The notes under the pieces were generated by a model, which was not told the origin of the DNA, did not search any database, and saw only the letters and a program-made list of their open reading frames with translations. This document shows positions 48,740 to 60,954 of a stretch of 64,000 bases of DNA, in pieces. Position 1 is the stretch's first letter; the number at the start of each line of letters is the position of its first letter. The stretch lies in assembly GCF_001194135.2 (NCBI RefSeq), contig NC_068987.1, positions 61,581,419-61,645,418 of the forward strand, read 5' to 3'. This DNA is from Octopus bimaculoides (taxonomy: Eukaryota). The position numbers were made by a program, and so were the translations under genes.

Positions 48740-49440
48740 AGATTAGCAAACCATATTGGTTTGCCATAACGTAGATAAATCTTGCTGCCAAGAATAAAAA
48801 CACTGACTTAGCAGAAAACTGTAAACTCAATGCTTGCCTAAACATTATGTATTAATTGTATACAAACTATCTCAACCAATTCCTCTAAGACCATTGTGAG
48901 TTTAAGAATGTAGTGATTGGTAAATTGGATGGTGGAAAGATAAATAAATTTTGAGAAATAAAGCTATGCTTTCTGAGAAAGAAAATACAACAGAAAACTT
49001 TGTGAAAATATGGTTTGATTACAGAAAGGCAATTCTATTTTCCACTCATGGCTGCTGAAATCACAGCAGTTGTTATATGCCTTCTGCATCTCTTGCTGTC
49101 TTTGAAAGGATCATATTAATCTGGTCAACAATCCTCACATTTGTAAATGAAAACAGAACAATTGTCTCTGATGTTATAAATATTTGAAAAGGAATATTTC
49201 AAGGAGACAGTTTGTCTGTGCTTTTGTATATTTTGACACTAAACCTGCTGCTATTTCCTTTACAAACATCCACTGATTATGTGTTAAGGTCTACAACAGC
49301 AAGAAGCACTTTCATAAAGCCTAATTTTTTTTTGGTGGTTGTAGTGGTGGGGGTATAATCTAAAGTTCTATGCTTGAAATATTTACAATGCTGAGAAACA
49401 GATAGATTTAATCATATTTTCTGCTGATTTACAGATGGAA
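48740..49440 (+). mobile_element. R4/Dong-clade non-LTR reverse transcriptase fossil
   Basis: Across frameshifts: LAAKNKNT..ENCKLNACLNIMY*LYT, WFDYRKA, HSWLLK, GIFQGDSLSVLLYILTLN; the GIFQGDSLS motif is typical of R4-type RT. Confidence 0.75.
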
Positions 49441-50169
49441 TTTGACCCCCAAAATATTCATATTTGACAGTTGAGCATGGAAAATACTGCTTGCTAAATC
49501 ACCAATTTTTGTATTATTAGTTTCTGTCTCCCCCTTTTCACACAAGGAATGTTACACACACTCATACATACATGCATGCACGCACACACACACACACACA
49601 CATACACATACACACATATGTGGTCAAATTTGTGTGTGTGTGCATGCATGCATTGTGTAGAACAGGAAATTTTGAAACTATTACAAAAATTTGGGGTTTT
49701 GCAAGCAATTTTTTCCAAGCTCAACTGTCAAATATGAACATACAAAATTACATACATATATACACACACATATATGTACATATACATTCATATAATAAGT
49801 TAAAAACATTATAAATGTACAAACAAATGGGTAACAGACACAAGGTCATCAACTCCTCATCAGTTATTGGCCAGAGGGTCAAATGCAATTTTGGGCTATA
49901 TGGTAATATTGGATCCCCATCTGGTGGTGCCGGTGGTGAAAATACCAAGCCAAAAAAACAAGACAGAAAATGAAAGCCAGACAAGAAATAAACGACTATG
50001 TGATATAGAAAGTTAACATAGAAATGTGAAATAAATATAGTTCAAGACAAGACAATTAATGAACGAATGAGGGATAGAGAGGAAAACAAACAGGATGGCT
50101 GTGGGCAGGACTGGATTTAAACCATGGGGCAGGGGGGGGGGCACTTTAAGTTTGGTGGGTCCCTTATAC

Positions 50170-50760
50170 ACAAGAATTAAAATCTTAGAAAATTACCAAA
50201 TTTGAATCTCAAAACCCATCTATTTCAAATCATTGAATTTCTTGAAAGATGTGGTCTTGTAAATAATATTACAATATTAAGGGCATCGTGTAGATGTGCA
50301 CTTAACTGTTTTGCAAGTAAGTGTTACTGGTGTTATCACACAGTGTATACAAAATACAGAATTTATTAAATAGGCAATAAAACCTCTGTATCTACTAACC
50401 ATGGAAGGAGTACTGTCATTAGCACAAGCTATTATATTTCTGAGGGGAATATTATGCACCTCGAAATAAGTTACGTCTTTGAAAATTGTTTTGTCTTTAG
50501 TGTTTGTTTTAAGACATCTGGCAAAAAGAATTTCCTTTCTGAATTCATAACCATCCCAAAAACGACCATATGCCAATAAAATAGTTTTACTATCTCTCAG
50601 GGTAAATTCATCAGGTTGAAGAGGGAATTTCTGTACTTATAATTTGGCTACTAGTTGCTTTTCTACATCTTAGCAATTTCATCAATGCACCGTGGCACAA
50701 ATGAGTTACTTAAAGGAATCTTACAAATAATTTCATTAGCATTTTGTTTCATAAATGAAG
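50170..50760 (-). mobile_element. hAT transposase fossil (Buster/Charlie, ZBED8/SCAND3-like)
   Basis: RCIDEIAKDVEKQLV..., DEFTLRDS, EILFARCLKTNTK, IPLRNIIACANDSTPSMVSRYRGFIAYL, VFCIHCVI match Buster-type motifs DESTLRD, ACATDGAPSM.G.Y.GF and IHCVIH. Confidence 0.88.
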
Positions 50761-51282
50761 AAACTATGACAGATACCACTGTCTTCTACTATAGCTATGA
50801 CAGATACCACTGTCTTCTACTATAGCTTCGGGTGAACCAAACCCTCTCCACACTGCTGATGCTATCCAACGGAACAGCAAAGGCTGATACAGCATGGCAC
50901 GAGTGATGTCACCACTCATTTCTATAGCTGAGTGAACTGGGGCAACATGAAATGGAGTGTCTTGCTCAAGAACACAACACACAACCCAGTCCAGGAATCG
51001 AATCCACTACCTCATGATAGTGAGCCTGATGCTCTAACCACTGAGCCACATGCCTTCACACATGTATATCATAGTAATACATTGTCCCATGTACAGCATA
51101 GTAATATATCTAACCAACTATTTACCCTGTAAACCTTGGACATTTTGCTTAACCAAACCAATTTAATATTTGCAAGTATTTAAATACTGTGAGCAAAATG
51201 TTAATGTATTATCAAATTGAAGATAACTAATTTATTTGTTTGTCGATAATAAGCATTTTCTTCTCCTCTTCTCTGTTCTTAC

Positions 51283-51376
51283 TTCTGCTGTTACTTCAAA
51301 TACAGGTGATATTAACTCAATTGAACAAAATAGGTTAAAATTAGAGTCTTTTCCATTAGCTTCCATTCTGTGAATA
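51283..51376 (-). CDS. Exon D of unidentified - strand gene (IHRMEANGKDSNFNLFCSIELISPVFEVTAE)
   Basis: tattcttcattag|T ... GAA|gtaaga; 94 nt, phase 2 to 0; follows a 92-nt intron. Confidence 0.47.
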
Positions 51377-51468
51377 CTAATGAAGAATACTATCAGGTTT
51401 CCTTAAAACCTTTGCTTCCAAAATAAATTTTCTCTGTGCTAGAACAATCTTTTCTATCAATAAATTAC

Positions 51469-51513
51469 CAATGTGTGAAGATCGATGGAAAATCCATTGT
51501 TTCAGGTTCCCAA
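51469..51513 (-). CDS. Exon C of unidentified - strand gene (WEPETMDFPSIFTH)
   Basis: tttattttctttcag|T ... TG|gtaatt; 45 nt, phase 2-2. Confidence 0.55.
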
Positions 51514-52381
51514 CTGAAAGAAAATAAATGAAAGTGGACTTAATTAGATAGCATATTGGAGAGATGTTGGTGAAATTGATAGCATGTTTAGATAATTGGC
51601 TGAAAGGGATGATGGTTCTTATTTCATCACATACACCATGCTGTATTCATGACCATGACGTTTATAGCAAACAGATTGACATATTCAATATAGTGCACCT
51701 AAAAAAAAGGAAAAAAAAAAGAAAAGAAAAACGTGCTTAATATTTAAAATTACATCAGTAATGAAAAGAAACATAATTAAAGTTGATGATAATTGTTATC
51801 AGGAAAGGCAAAACAGATAACTCTGAAAAATCCTGATTGATTAATAAATAAACAGGAGAAAATATGTTGGTTGATCAACTTTTGTGTTTGGTATAGTCAT
51901 CAAGCTTTAAAGGTTGTGCTGCAAATGGTGAGGAATACAAATGACAAGGAGAAAAAACAAGTGGTATCTTCAACATCAAAATTATTTAATAATTCTAATA
52001 TTAACTGTTTTACAATGAATCTAGAGAATTCAATAATGAAATACAGAGATCAAGACTAAAACATAATCAAATGAAGAATGTTGTAGCCGGATATTTGTCT
52101 GTGTGAACAACCAAACTATATACAGTTATATACAATATCTTTTAGCTACTGATGCGTGTGTGTATGCGAGACAGAGTGTTGGAAGAAAGATTATTGTATG
52201 TGTAAGAGGGAAAGAGATTTGAGAAATAGTTTCATATAATGGGAATCAGAGGGACATTGTTTCCAACTGTAATCAAGGTTATCTCTGGTGAGAGCAAAAA
52301 TCATGAGTTTATACAATTACTCTATAACTTTCTAGAATATTCTTTTTTGTCCTGCAAAAGTTAAAATATTTCCTTTGATAC

Positions 52382-52420
52382 TTGCCATCTTCTATCATAT
52401 CTGCAACCAAATGTGATTGG
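52382..52420 (-). CDS. Exon B of unidentified - strand gene (QSHLVADMIEDG)
   Basis: tatcttacag|C ... AA|gtatca; 39 nt, phase 2-2; joins exons A and C in frame. Confidence 0.5.
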
Positions 52421-53079
52421 CTGTAAGATATATATATATATAATGATTATGTTTCTTCAGTCATTTGGTTTTTCATAATTTTTTGAATTCATCCTTTCAA
52501 AGTGCCTTGTACTGTGGGCTGACCAAAGCCTTGTGAGTGAATTTCGACATTAGCACCTGTAGAGATTTATTTGCTAAACTTAAATAAAACTGTACTAATT
52601 ATTACCCTTTTACTCATTTACCTGTCTCAGCAAGTAGCCATACTTTTCCATTTGCAAGCAATTTTCAGAATTTCACAATTTACAGAATAAATTTTAGATG
52701 TCCATTCACTTTACTGAAAACTCCTAACTTTTCAGGATTATTTATTGAATATTTAGTAATCATAAGTGTATCAAAGGTTACAGGAACAAATGTAGATTTA
52801 TAATCTGGCTAGAAAAGTTGTAGGTATTTAAACAGTTGTCTAAAAATGCTCTCTTTCTGAATATATTTGAATATATTTGGTAGCCTCTATTCACATCTGT
52901 TAGACTACAGTATACTATTTTTGGTTTTTGTTTCAGATAACAAGCCAAATCTGTTGTGTTTAAGTTTGACAGAGGTTTTTAATGAGAATGTTCTACTAAT
53001 ATTCCTTATGTTGAACTCAATGCCAGTAGTATTTAAAACTATTTATCACAGAACTGTCCTTCCTATTGGTGGCATTGTA

Positions 53080-53408
53080 TGAGATGGTATCAAAAATTCC
53101 AAGACTAGTTCTGTATCATGCCAACAGACGGCAGCACCCAGTTGCATGTGCAGTGAGAGCTAACAGTGATATTCATGAGGTAGTGTGTTGAGTGACATTG
53201 ATGTGTTTATTTTGTAAGCTGTGAAATTTGTGTTTTTGTGATCACATGTATGTTGAGTCTGCAATTTTGTCACGGACAGGAATGAATGCTGGGTCCAGTG
53301 TATTGCTGTACGGTGTAACTATTTCAAAGGAGATGATGTTAAATCTTTGGTAAATAAGTTATATTTTATTAAACATAACTAGTTCTGGAACTTTTTAATA
53401 TCACTTCA
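53080..53408. mobile_element. Mariner-derived MITE
   Basis: TA|TGAGATGGTATCAAAAATTCCAAGACTAGT ... ACTAGTTCTGGAACTTTTTAATATCACTTCA|TA: about 30-bp imperfect TIRs and TA duplication. Confidence 0.78.
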
Positions 53409-54125
53409 TATATTGTTTTAGTAAGAACCTCATGTTTTATAGGAAGATAATACTTTGATGAATTAAACTTATATGTATGTGTCAAACATTTCTGAAGTCT
53501 TGTTATAAAGATATTTTAATTTAAGTTAAACAAGTTATGCACACAAAGCAAAATCAGTGCAGTAAAACAGAATTTTAAAAAAATGAAAGTTTGAATCCAA
53601 ATTCGAATTGAATTTCAATAAAAACCTGTAAAAAGTTCTTATTTAATTCAAATTAACATTTTGCTTTTATAATACTGTTGCATTTATTCAGCTTCACCTC
53701 AGAGTTGATTTATGAAAGTTTTAGATTTTAAGAATAACAATAAATAATTGAATAAAACCAAAAAAAAAAAATGCTCTAAAAAACACAAATTTAAAGAGTT
53801 TCATTCAGGTCATTATTTCAATATACTAAATTACAAGTTGACTGCTCAATATTTGAAGCAAGACATTTTTTTTTGACTGAGGTAATAAATTTCATAGTCT
53901 TTATTTTTTATTGGTTAAAAAGAGATTGTTAAAAATCATTAGAGTAACAGGTCATAGGAAAAATCGAAGATTTAAGGATAAATGACATAGAAAAGAATGA
54001 AATAGATGAATGTCTTACAATGACGTCTACTGCAATCAAGTAGGTATAGGAAAATTTCAAGATTTAAGTCTCAGAAATTTTCTGCTGTAACTGCAAATAT
54101 CAATGTGGTCGAACTAAAGACATAC

Positions 54126-54213
54126 CAAAATTTATGTTCATATGTTAGTGTTCCTGTTATTATTTTTCCCCTATAGATCTTGCCATTTTCCCCACTTCCA
54201 ATCTCAATTATGC
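54126..54213 (-). CDS. Exon A of unidentified - strand gene ((G)IIEIGSGENGKIYRGKIITGTLTYEHKF)
   Basis: attttatttcag|GC ... TG|gtatgt; 88 nt, phase 1 to 2, open; strong splice sites. Confidence 0.62.
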
Positions 54214-54699
54214 CTGAAATAAAATATTCAATAATTCCAAGTTGTTATTACCATTTTTATGAAAACATTCTCATGTTTTATGAGGCTGTTCTATTAATAG
54301 ATATTATTTATCATGCATGATTTATTTTTATCATAATTGAGCTGAGGTAAAAATACTTCAGAGGAGCGTTCTTGAATGCTGAATTCTCAGTTATGATAGG
54401 GTTTCTCATAAGTAATGCAATAATTTGAAAAACGTCTTTTAACTGAGATTGTTCATGCAATCAGTAAACAAAGATTCTCTTGAGAGGGTGTGTAAAATTT
54501 AAAAACAACTAAGTATCTTTCTTTTAAACTCTCCCCCCTCTCTCTCTTTCTCCCTCCCCTCTCTCTTTCTCTCTCTTCTCCTCCTCTCTCTCCCTCTCTC
54601 TAGCAGGGTAACCATATACCTTCTCTACAGTAATACATCTGTTTCTGTCTCTCTGTCACACTTTAACCTTTCATCATCTGACCCTTTGAATTACAGGCA

Positions 54700-54900
54700 C
54701 AACAGAAACAGGAAGTAAGAGTGAGAGAAAGTTGTGGTGAAAGAGTACAGCAGGGTTCACCACCATCCACTGCCGGAGCCTCGTGGAGCTTTAGGTCTTT
54801 TCGCTCAATAAACACTCACAACACCCGGTATGGGAATCGAAACCGCGATCCTATGACCGCAAGTCCGCTGCCCTAACCACTGGGCCATTGTGCCTCCACA
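54700..54900 (-). mobile_element. tRNA-derived SINE family F
   Basis: - strand GGCACAATGGCCCAGTGGTTAGGGCAGCGGAC...GGTTTCGATTCCC head runs into a non-tRNA body and a (CT)-rich tail. Confidence 0.65.
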
Positions 54901-54999
54901 GGTTTTCTCTATACAACTGACATTTTCCATATGCATCATTTGTCCATACCAAAGCAGTCTTCTCTTTTGTACACTAAATCTGATTCCTCTTATATCTAA

Positions 55000-55330
55000 C
55001 TTTTCCTTCAGCTCATTTATATACTTCTTTGTACATGTACATTAACATTACCCAACTATCAGAGCATACTTGCCTTGTTTCTGTCTCACCTTCATAAATC
55101 CTTCTCATTCAAACTCATGCCTCATTACCATGCAATATCAAGCTTTATACTCAAGCATTTTGCAATCAGCATTGCTCTCTGAGATTAAAAACTGTTTCTT
55201 ACCTGCAGAATTAATAGCTCCTCCGTGAACTTTTTCCACCCCCAATCTTGCTCTGGTCACTAGACCTTTGTTACAACCTCCTTCACTGTTTATTAGTTCA
55301 CCAAGGTAACAGGAACTATTATGTACTTCA
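55000..55330 (-). mobile_element. RTE LINE RT-distal fragment
   Basis: FEVHNSSCYLGELINSEGGCNKGLVTRARLG resembles the RTE EVV..F.YLG..I...GG....I..RI..W motif. Confidence 0.7.
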
Positions 55331-55436
55331 AAGTGGTCTTCTAGGCATTTGAAAGTATTAATATTACATGTATTTTTATGGCTGGTTGACCCTATGTCCC
55401 TCCACCGTTTCCTTCTCTCTCTCTTTCTCTTTCTTA

Positions 55437-55478
<42 letters not shown>

Positions 55479-56116
55479 GAAGCGGTCCTGACATGTTGTA
55501 TCTAGTTTGTACTGTCCAGTCTTTTTGTGATTTAGTCCAATATTTTCATACTCAATGATGCAGTCTCAGTCAGTGATTGCTTGCATAAATTTATTATAAG
55601 AGACTGGTAACCCAGATTTTAAGTAGAAACTCAATTGATGCAATGACGTTTGGATTTTTTTAATTATAAAACAAGCAAAAATATATACACACATGCTTAT
55701 GTGTATGTGTGTCTTTGTGTACATGTCATAATCATCATCATTGTTTGAATGCCTGCATGCTTGGAATTTGTTGAGGAGTATTTTTATGGCTGGATGCCCT
55801 TCCTGTCACCAACCCTTGCCTGCCTGTCTCCAAGCTGAGTAATGCTTCTCCACAGCTGGACATGTTTTCACAGAAATTTGAAAATGAATGACTCCACGTG
55901 CATGAAGTTGACATTCATTCATAACTATTGTGCAATGTTAAGACATGGAAACACAAATACACACATGCACATACACAGGCATACATTCATACATACATAC
56001 ATACACACATGCATACATACATGCATACATACCTACATACATACACACATACATACACACATGCATACATAGATGCATACATACCTACCTACATACATAT
56101 ACACATGTATACATAC

Positions 56117-56400
56117 TGTTGTATTGCCAATTGTTATGACGATACTTTTTTACACTATAACCATGTAGTAACAATAAAACATATAACGAAGCAGAGTAAC
56201 AACAATGTAACGAAATAACAAACTCTCCATGAACTATACATGAACCAACAAACAATATTCCGACAAACTACCAAAATTACACCTCACAACTTCCTGCAAT
56301 TAATGCCTACTCTGTCTCTCTATCTCACTCAGACCGCTACTAGTTATAGTCATTTGGTTAGTCTATTCTCGCAGGAGGTGTCGTGACTCACACCACAACA
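56117..56400 (-). repeat. 3' LTR of the Gypsy element (284 bp)
   Basis: Bounded by TGTTGT...ACAACA; polypurine tract AAACAGGGAGA directly precedes it on the - strand (56411-56401). Confidence 0.85.
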
Positions 56401-58600
56401 TCTCCCTGTTTGAGATTTCGACTTCCAAAGGAAGCAAAATTTATTTAATTTATTTTTATTAGTTGTTTTCTTCTTTCCAACACTTCTCCCTTTTTGAGAT
56501 TTTGATTTCCTAAGGAGTTCAATACCTTTTCTGCTTAGGAATTATTTCTAAATGTTCAGTATTTATGTTTTCTGTTACTGCTTCTTCTAGGCTTGATCTC
56601 TTTTGGTGCTGGTCCAACGAACGTATCATAAAATATTTCCTTTGGAATTTCCATCCTCTCTTCTGTATGTCTAGTTTTTAATTGATTTAGGTGTCATTTA
56701 TGCTTCCATCATTGGACTTTTATTAAATACATCATACTTCCAATTCTTTTAGTCACTATACTGTTCTCTCAACCTTCTTTACTGTTCTTGTATTTTTGTA
56801 ACATTACTGCTCCTATGCTGTACTCAGAAACATCAGAACCTACAACAATCTCTGCTGCAGGATCAAAATGAACCAGCAACAAATCCGATATTATTATTTT
56901 TTTTTTATATTATGAAATATGTTTTGACAATTCTTTTGACCAACTCCTTTTACATCCTCTTTTAACAAATTATTCAGTGGAGCTTTCAAATTATACATGT
57001 TTAGTATGTAGTTTTGATAATAATTTGCTAGTTCTAGAAAAGCTTGTGAGGTTGTTATATTAGTTGGAGGAGGCATATTTTTAATTGTGTCTGCCCTCAA
57101 CAGACCCAATTGTCTTCCATTTCTATCAATAATTTGTCCTAAATATTTAATTTTAGGCAAAAAAAAAAAATTCACATTTCTCCTCATTCACTGTGGAACC
57201 GTAATCTCTTATTTTTTCAAAAACACATATTACATGCTTGACATGCTGATCACTTTTAATTAATACATCATCAAGGTATGGAATTGCAAATTTACAGTCC
57301 ACTAACATCACATCCATAACCTGTTGAAAAATTGCAGGTGTGACCTTTAGACCAAATGGCAATGTATTATATTTATATAGTCCTTTATGCATATTCACTG
57401 TTAGAAATTTGAGCATTCCTTGTCTATTTTAATTTGTAGGTATGCATCAGACAGATTCAGTTTCAAAAATATCTTGCTACTGTTTAATTTTGCAAAAATA
57501 TCCTCTGGGGTAAGTAGTAGATAGTGGCACACTTTTAGGCAGTCATTCAAACCCGTAGAAAAATCAGCACAGACTCTGATTTTGTTATTCTTTTCTTTAA
57601 TACACACAGTTGATGCTGTCCATTTAGAATAATCCACTTTTTAAATAATTCCATTTTTCTCTTATCTGTTTTATTGCAACAAAAGGTATCTGTTTTATTG
57701 CAACAAACAGTACCTTTCTGTTAGGTTTGAACACAGGTACAACGTTTCCATTTATTTGAAAACACACCTCAGTCTTAGTACAAAGACCTAATTCATTTGA
57801 CAGCACTTCAGGGAACAAGTTTTTAAATCTTTTCTTCAATTCATCTGATGAGTTATTTTTACTGGTGGGACAGCCATTTATTTTTTTACAGTACAAACTT
57901 ATGGGGAGGTCCAATAAACCAAACAACTCCATCCAGTCTGTACCAAACAAATAAGTTGCATTTTTTAACACAAAACCTTTTGCTCTACAGGTTTTACCAC
58001 GAAATGTCATATCACTCCATATTTTACCAGTCATGCCTTGTGCAATTTTCGATGTTTTTCTTAACATAGGTATCCCAATACTTTCCCATGTGTTAGTATC
58101 AATAACTGAAATGTTGCTAGGAGTATCTAGTTGTCATTTAATATTCACTTCGTTTACTTTTACATGAACAAATTTTCTCTTTTTGGTGTTGTTTCTACTT
58201 TCCTTCGAGGAAACTTTAGAATTTTTTATGTTTTGACCTTCCTAACTTTGCTCTGCAATGTGAGCTCTTGTCTCCTATTTTTTGCAGCTGTAGCATTTCT
58301 GCATTTTGAAAGGACAGTCCTTCCTGAAATGTAGGCCTCCACATCCATACCATAGGTTTGGTTCTAACAATTTCTTTTGTTTATTCCTTCTTGGTCAACA
58401 TGCCTGTACTTGTGAGAAATCTGTTTCTTCAATTTTTTTTTTACATCCAGTCGCAAGTTTGTCATTCTTTTACTCTCCCCTGCAACTGTCTGCAGGGTTA
58501 AACTCTGGTCCGCTTGTTCAAATTTTGTGAGAATTCTTGCACGTATCTCCGCATCATTGTTTGCCATCAGCCCTTGTACAAAAATGAGGCACTTAAACAC
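56117..58600 (-). mobile_element. Ty3/Gypsy LTR retrotransposon (K02A2.6/Mag-like), decayed, 5' LTR missing
   Basis: gag FKCLIFVQGL...DAEIRARIL; protease region LFGTDWM; RT KIRVCADFSTGLN, LSDAYLQI, LPFGLK..PAIFQQVMD, YLDD; RNase H start SDVSEYSIGAVML joined to integrase C-terminal IVTKRIGSMMYL...HLNQLKTR. Confidence 0.93.
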
Positions 58601-60167
58601 TGAACCCGGTACCCTGTGATTGAGAAAACTTCTTACCACACAGCTATGCCAGTACCTATAATGAATTTATGATAGCAAGCACTGAATGCAAGTCAGCCTG
58701 TTCTAATTGCTAATTCATTTGGTTCAGTTAACAACTATTTCTTTTTCCATTCTTGCATGAGTTGGACCAATTCATTATTTGAATCAAGGCTTTACAGTCA
58801 GATGGTCTTTCTGATGCTGACTGCCAACTGTCTTTCAAGTAAGACAGCTTTTATTCAACATGACTGTGAAAGCTCAATGTGATTGGATGATTGGTTGACA
58901 TGAAAAACTAATAAATCACAGAAATAAAAGTGCATATAAGTTTTGACTTAAGTATTTATTATATATCATTCCTTGTGAGTATACCCTGGCACTTTGCCAC
59001 CATCTCTCTTGCTGCCCACCCCCCGCCTTCCACTCTCTGTCCTTCTCTCTCTCTCTCTCTCTCTCTTTCTGTTGCTCTTCCCTCTGGTTAGGTAACTATG
59101 TTTCTCCTTTACAGCAGCACACCTGTTTCTACCCTCTTGTTATCTGTTTCCCTCCTCTTCTCTCTCTCTCTCTCTCCCTGTCTGGCTGGATAACCATGTA
59201 CTTACTCTAATGTAAGACATCTGTTTCTGTCTCTCTTTCTCTTTGTCACACTCTAACCTTTCATTATCTCTGGCACAAGATAACCTCCTCTAATGCCCCT
59301 CCCTTCTCAAAGATTCCTTGTCTTGAAAGTTACTCAGTGACCCTGCCAGTGTTGATGCCACTTAAAAGGCATCCAGTCCGCACTGTAATGTGGTTGGCAT
59401 TTAAAAGGAGATCCAGTTGTAAAAACCATGCCAATATTGACCTCACCTGTGCTGGTGCCATGTAAAAAGCACTCAGCCCACTCCATAGAATGGTTGGTGT
59501 TAAGAAAGGCATCCAGCTGTAAAAACCATGCTGAAACAGACACAGTAGCCTGGTGTGGTCTTCTACCTGGCTCGCTTCTGTCAAACTGTCCAACCCATGC
59601 TAGCATGGAGGGAGACCATTAAATGACGATGAGGACAATAATAATGATGATGATGATGATGATGATGATGATGTATATATGTATATGTGTGTGTGTGTAT
59701 GTACACACACACATGCATATAAATATACTGATATACACACATATGTATCATCATCTTCATATTGACATCCACTTTACTCAATCCTTTGGTTGACCTAGGG
59801 TTGTTGCAAAAACACTTCTCCAGTGTGCCATGCAGTGGGGCTGAACCCCAAACCACATAGCTGGGAAGCAAACTTCTCAACCACACAGCCATGCCTGCAC
59901 TTGCATATGAAAATAACTGCTTTATTGTATAAAAATACGATCAACCATTGCCTGCTGGGAATTCAGACCCAACCATAGACATAGCATGTCCAGTATACAG
60001 TTGTAATTTGTAACCAAATATTAGACTCATCCATCATCCCTGTGTCATATTTTGCTCAATTAAAAGTGATTAGACCAACAACTATTGAAAACAATAGCAA
60101 CACCAGCAAAGATGAAAATATTATGAAGCAGTAGTAAATGTCTTATGTTGACTGACGTCAGTGTTAC

Positions 60168-60209
60168 ATCCTTCCAGTTCTCTTTCTCTGCATTTAATCT
60201 CCCCATAAG
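60168..60209 (-). CDS. Possible upstream exon of the - strand gene (AYGEIKCRERELEG)
   Basis: aaacttacag|CT ... T|gtaaca; 42 nt, phase 1-1, compatible with exon A; weak pyrimidine tract. Confidence 0.22.
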
Positions 60210-60634
60210 CTGTAAGTTTATTAGCCTAAGCACAACCTGTCTTTCACTGGTTTATTAGCAAACAATATATTTGATAATTAAATACACATACACACATACA
60301 TACATGCATGCATGCATACATACATACATACATACGTACATACATACACACATACATACATATATACATACAAACATACATAAACCATAATGATATCCGT
60401 GGGGCAGCTGATGATGGAGACATGTTGGATTGTTGGTACAGCTGTTATTTCATTTGCAGAATGGTTTTATAAGACATCTATTTGATGCATACATACATAC
60501 ACACACACAGAGAAACTGCACACAGTTGTGGGAATTAGCTGCCTTAGAATTGGGAAGTATATTAAGATCCATTTTATGTACTGCAGAGAACATCTCATGT
60601 AGAACTCAGTATGTTGGATAGAGTGGATTCTTTC

Positions 60635-60917
60635 TTTCTTTTCTTTTACTTGTTTCAGTCATTTGACTGTGGCCATGCTGGAGCACCGCCTTTAGCTGAG
60701 CAAATCGACCCCAGGACTTATTCTTTGTAAGCCTAGTACTTATTCTATTGGGCTCTTTTGCTGAACCGCTAAGTTACGGGGACGTAAACGCACCAGCATC
60801 GGTTGTCAAGCAATGGTGGTTGGACAAACACAGACACACAAATACACACACACACACACATATGCACACACACACACACACGCACGCACACACGCACACA
60901 CACACACGCACACACAC

Positions 60918-60954
<37 letters not shown>

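Noticed and set aside
49831-49920. - strand frame DGDPILPYSPKLHLTLWPITDEELMTL as an exon
   Set aside because: No convincing donor; the acceptor region (GGTGGTGCCGGTGGTGAAAA on +) recurs at about 63276 and so is probably repeat-derived; phase does not fit exon D.
52321-52351. Alternative 31-nt - strand exon (TKKNILESYR) with a strong acceptor
   Set aside because: Only 30 nt from exon B, and joining it to exon C gives an immediate stop.
54352-54440. - strand frame LKDVFQIIALLMRNPIITENSAFKNAPL as exon upstream of exon A
   Set aside because: Ends in phase 2 whereas exon A needs phase 1; weak splice sites.
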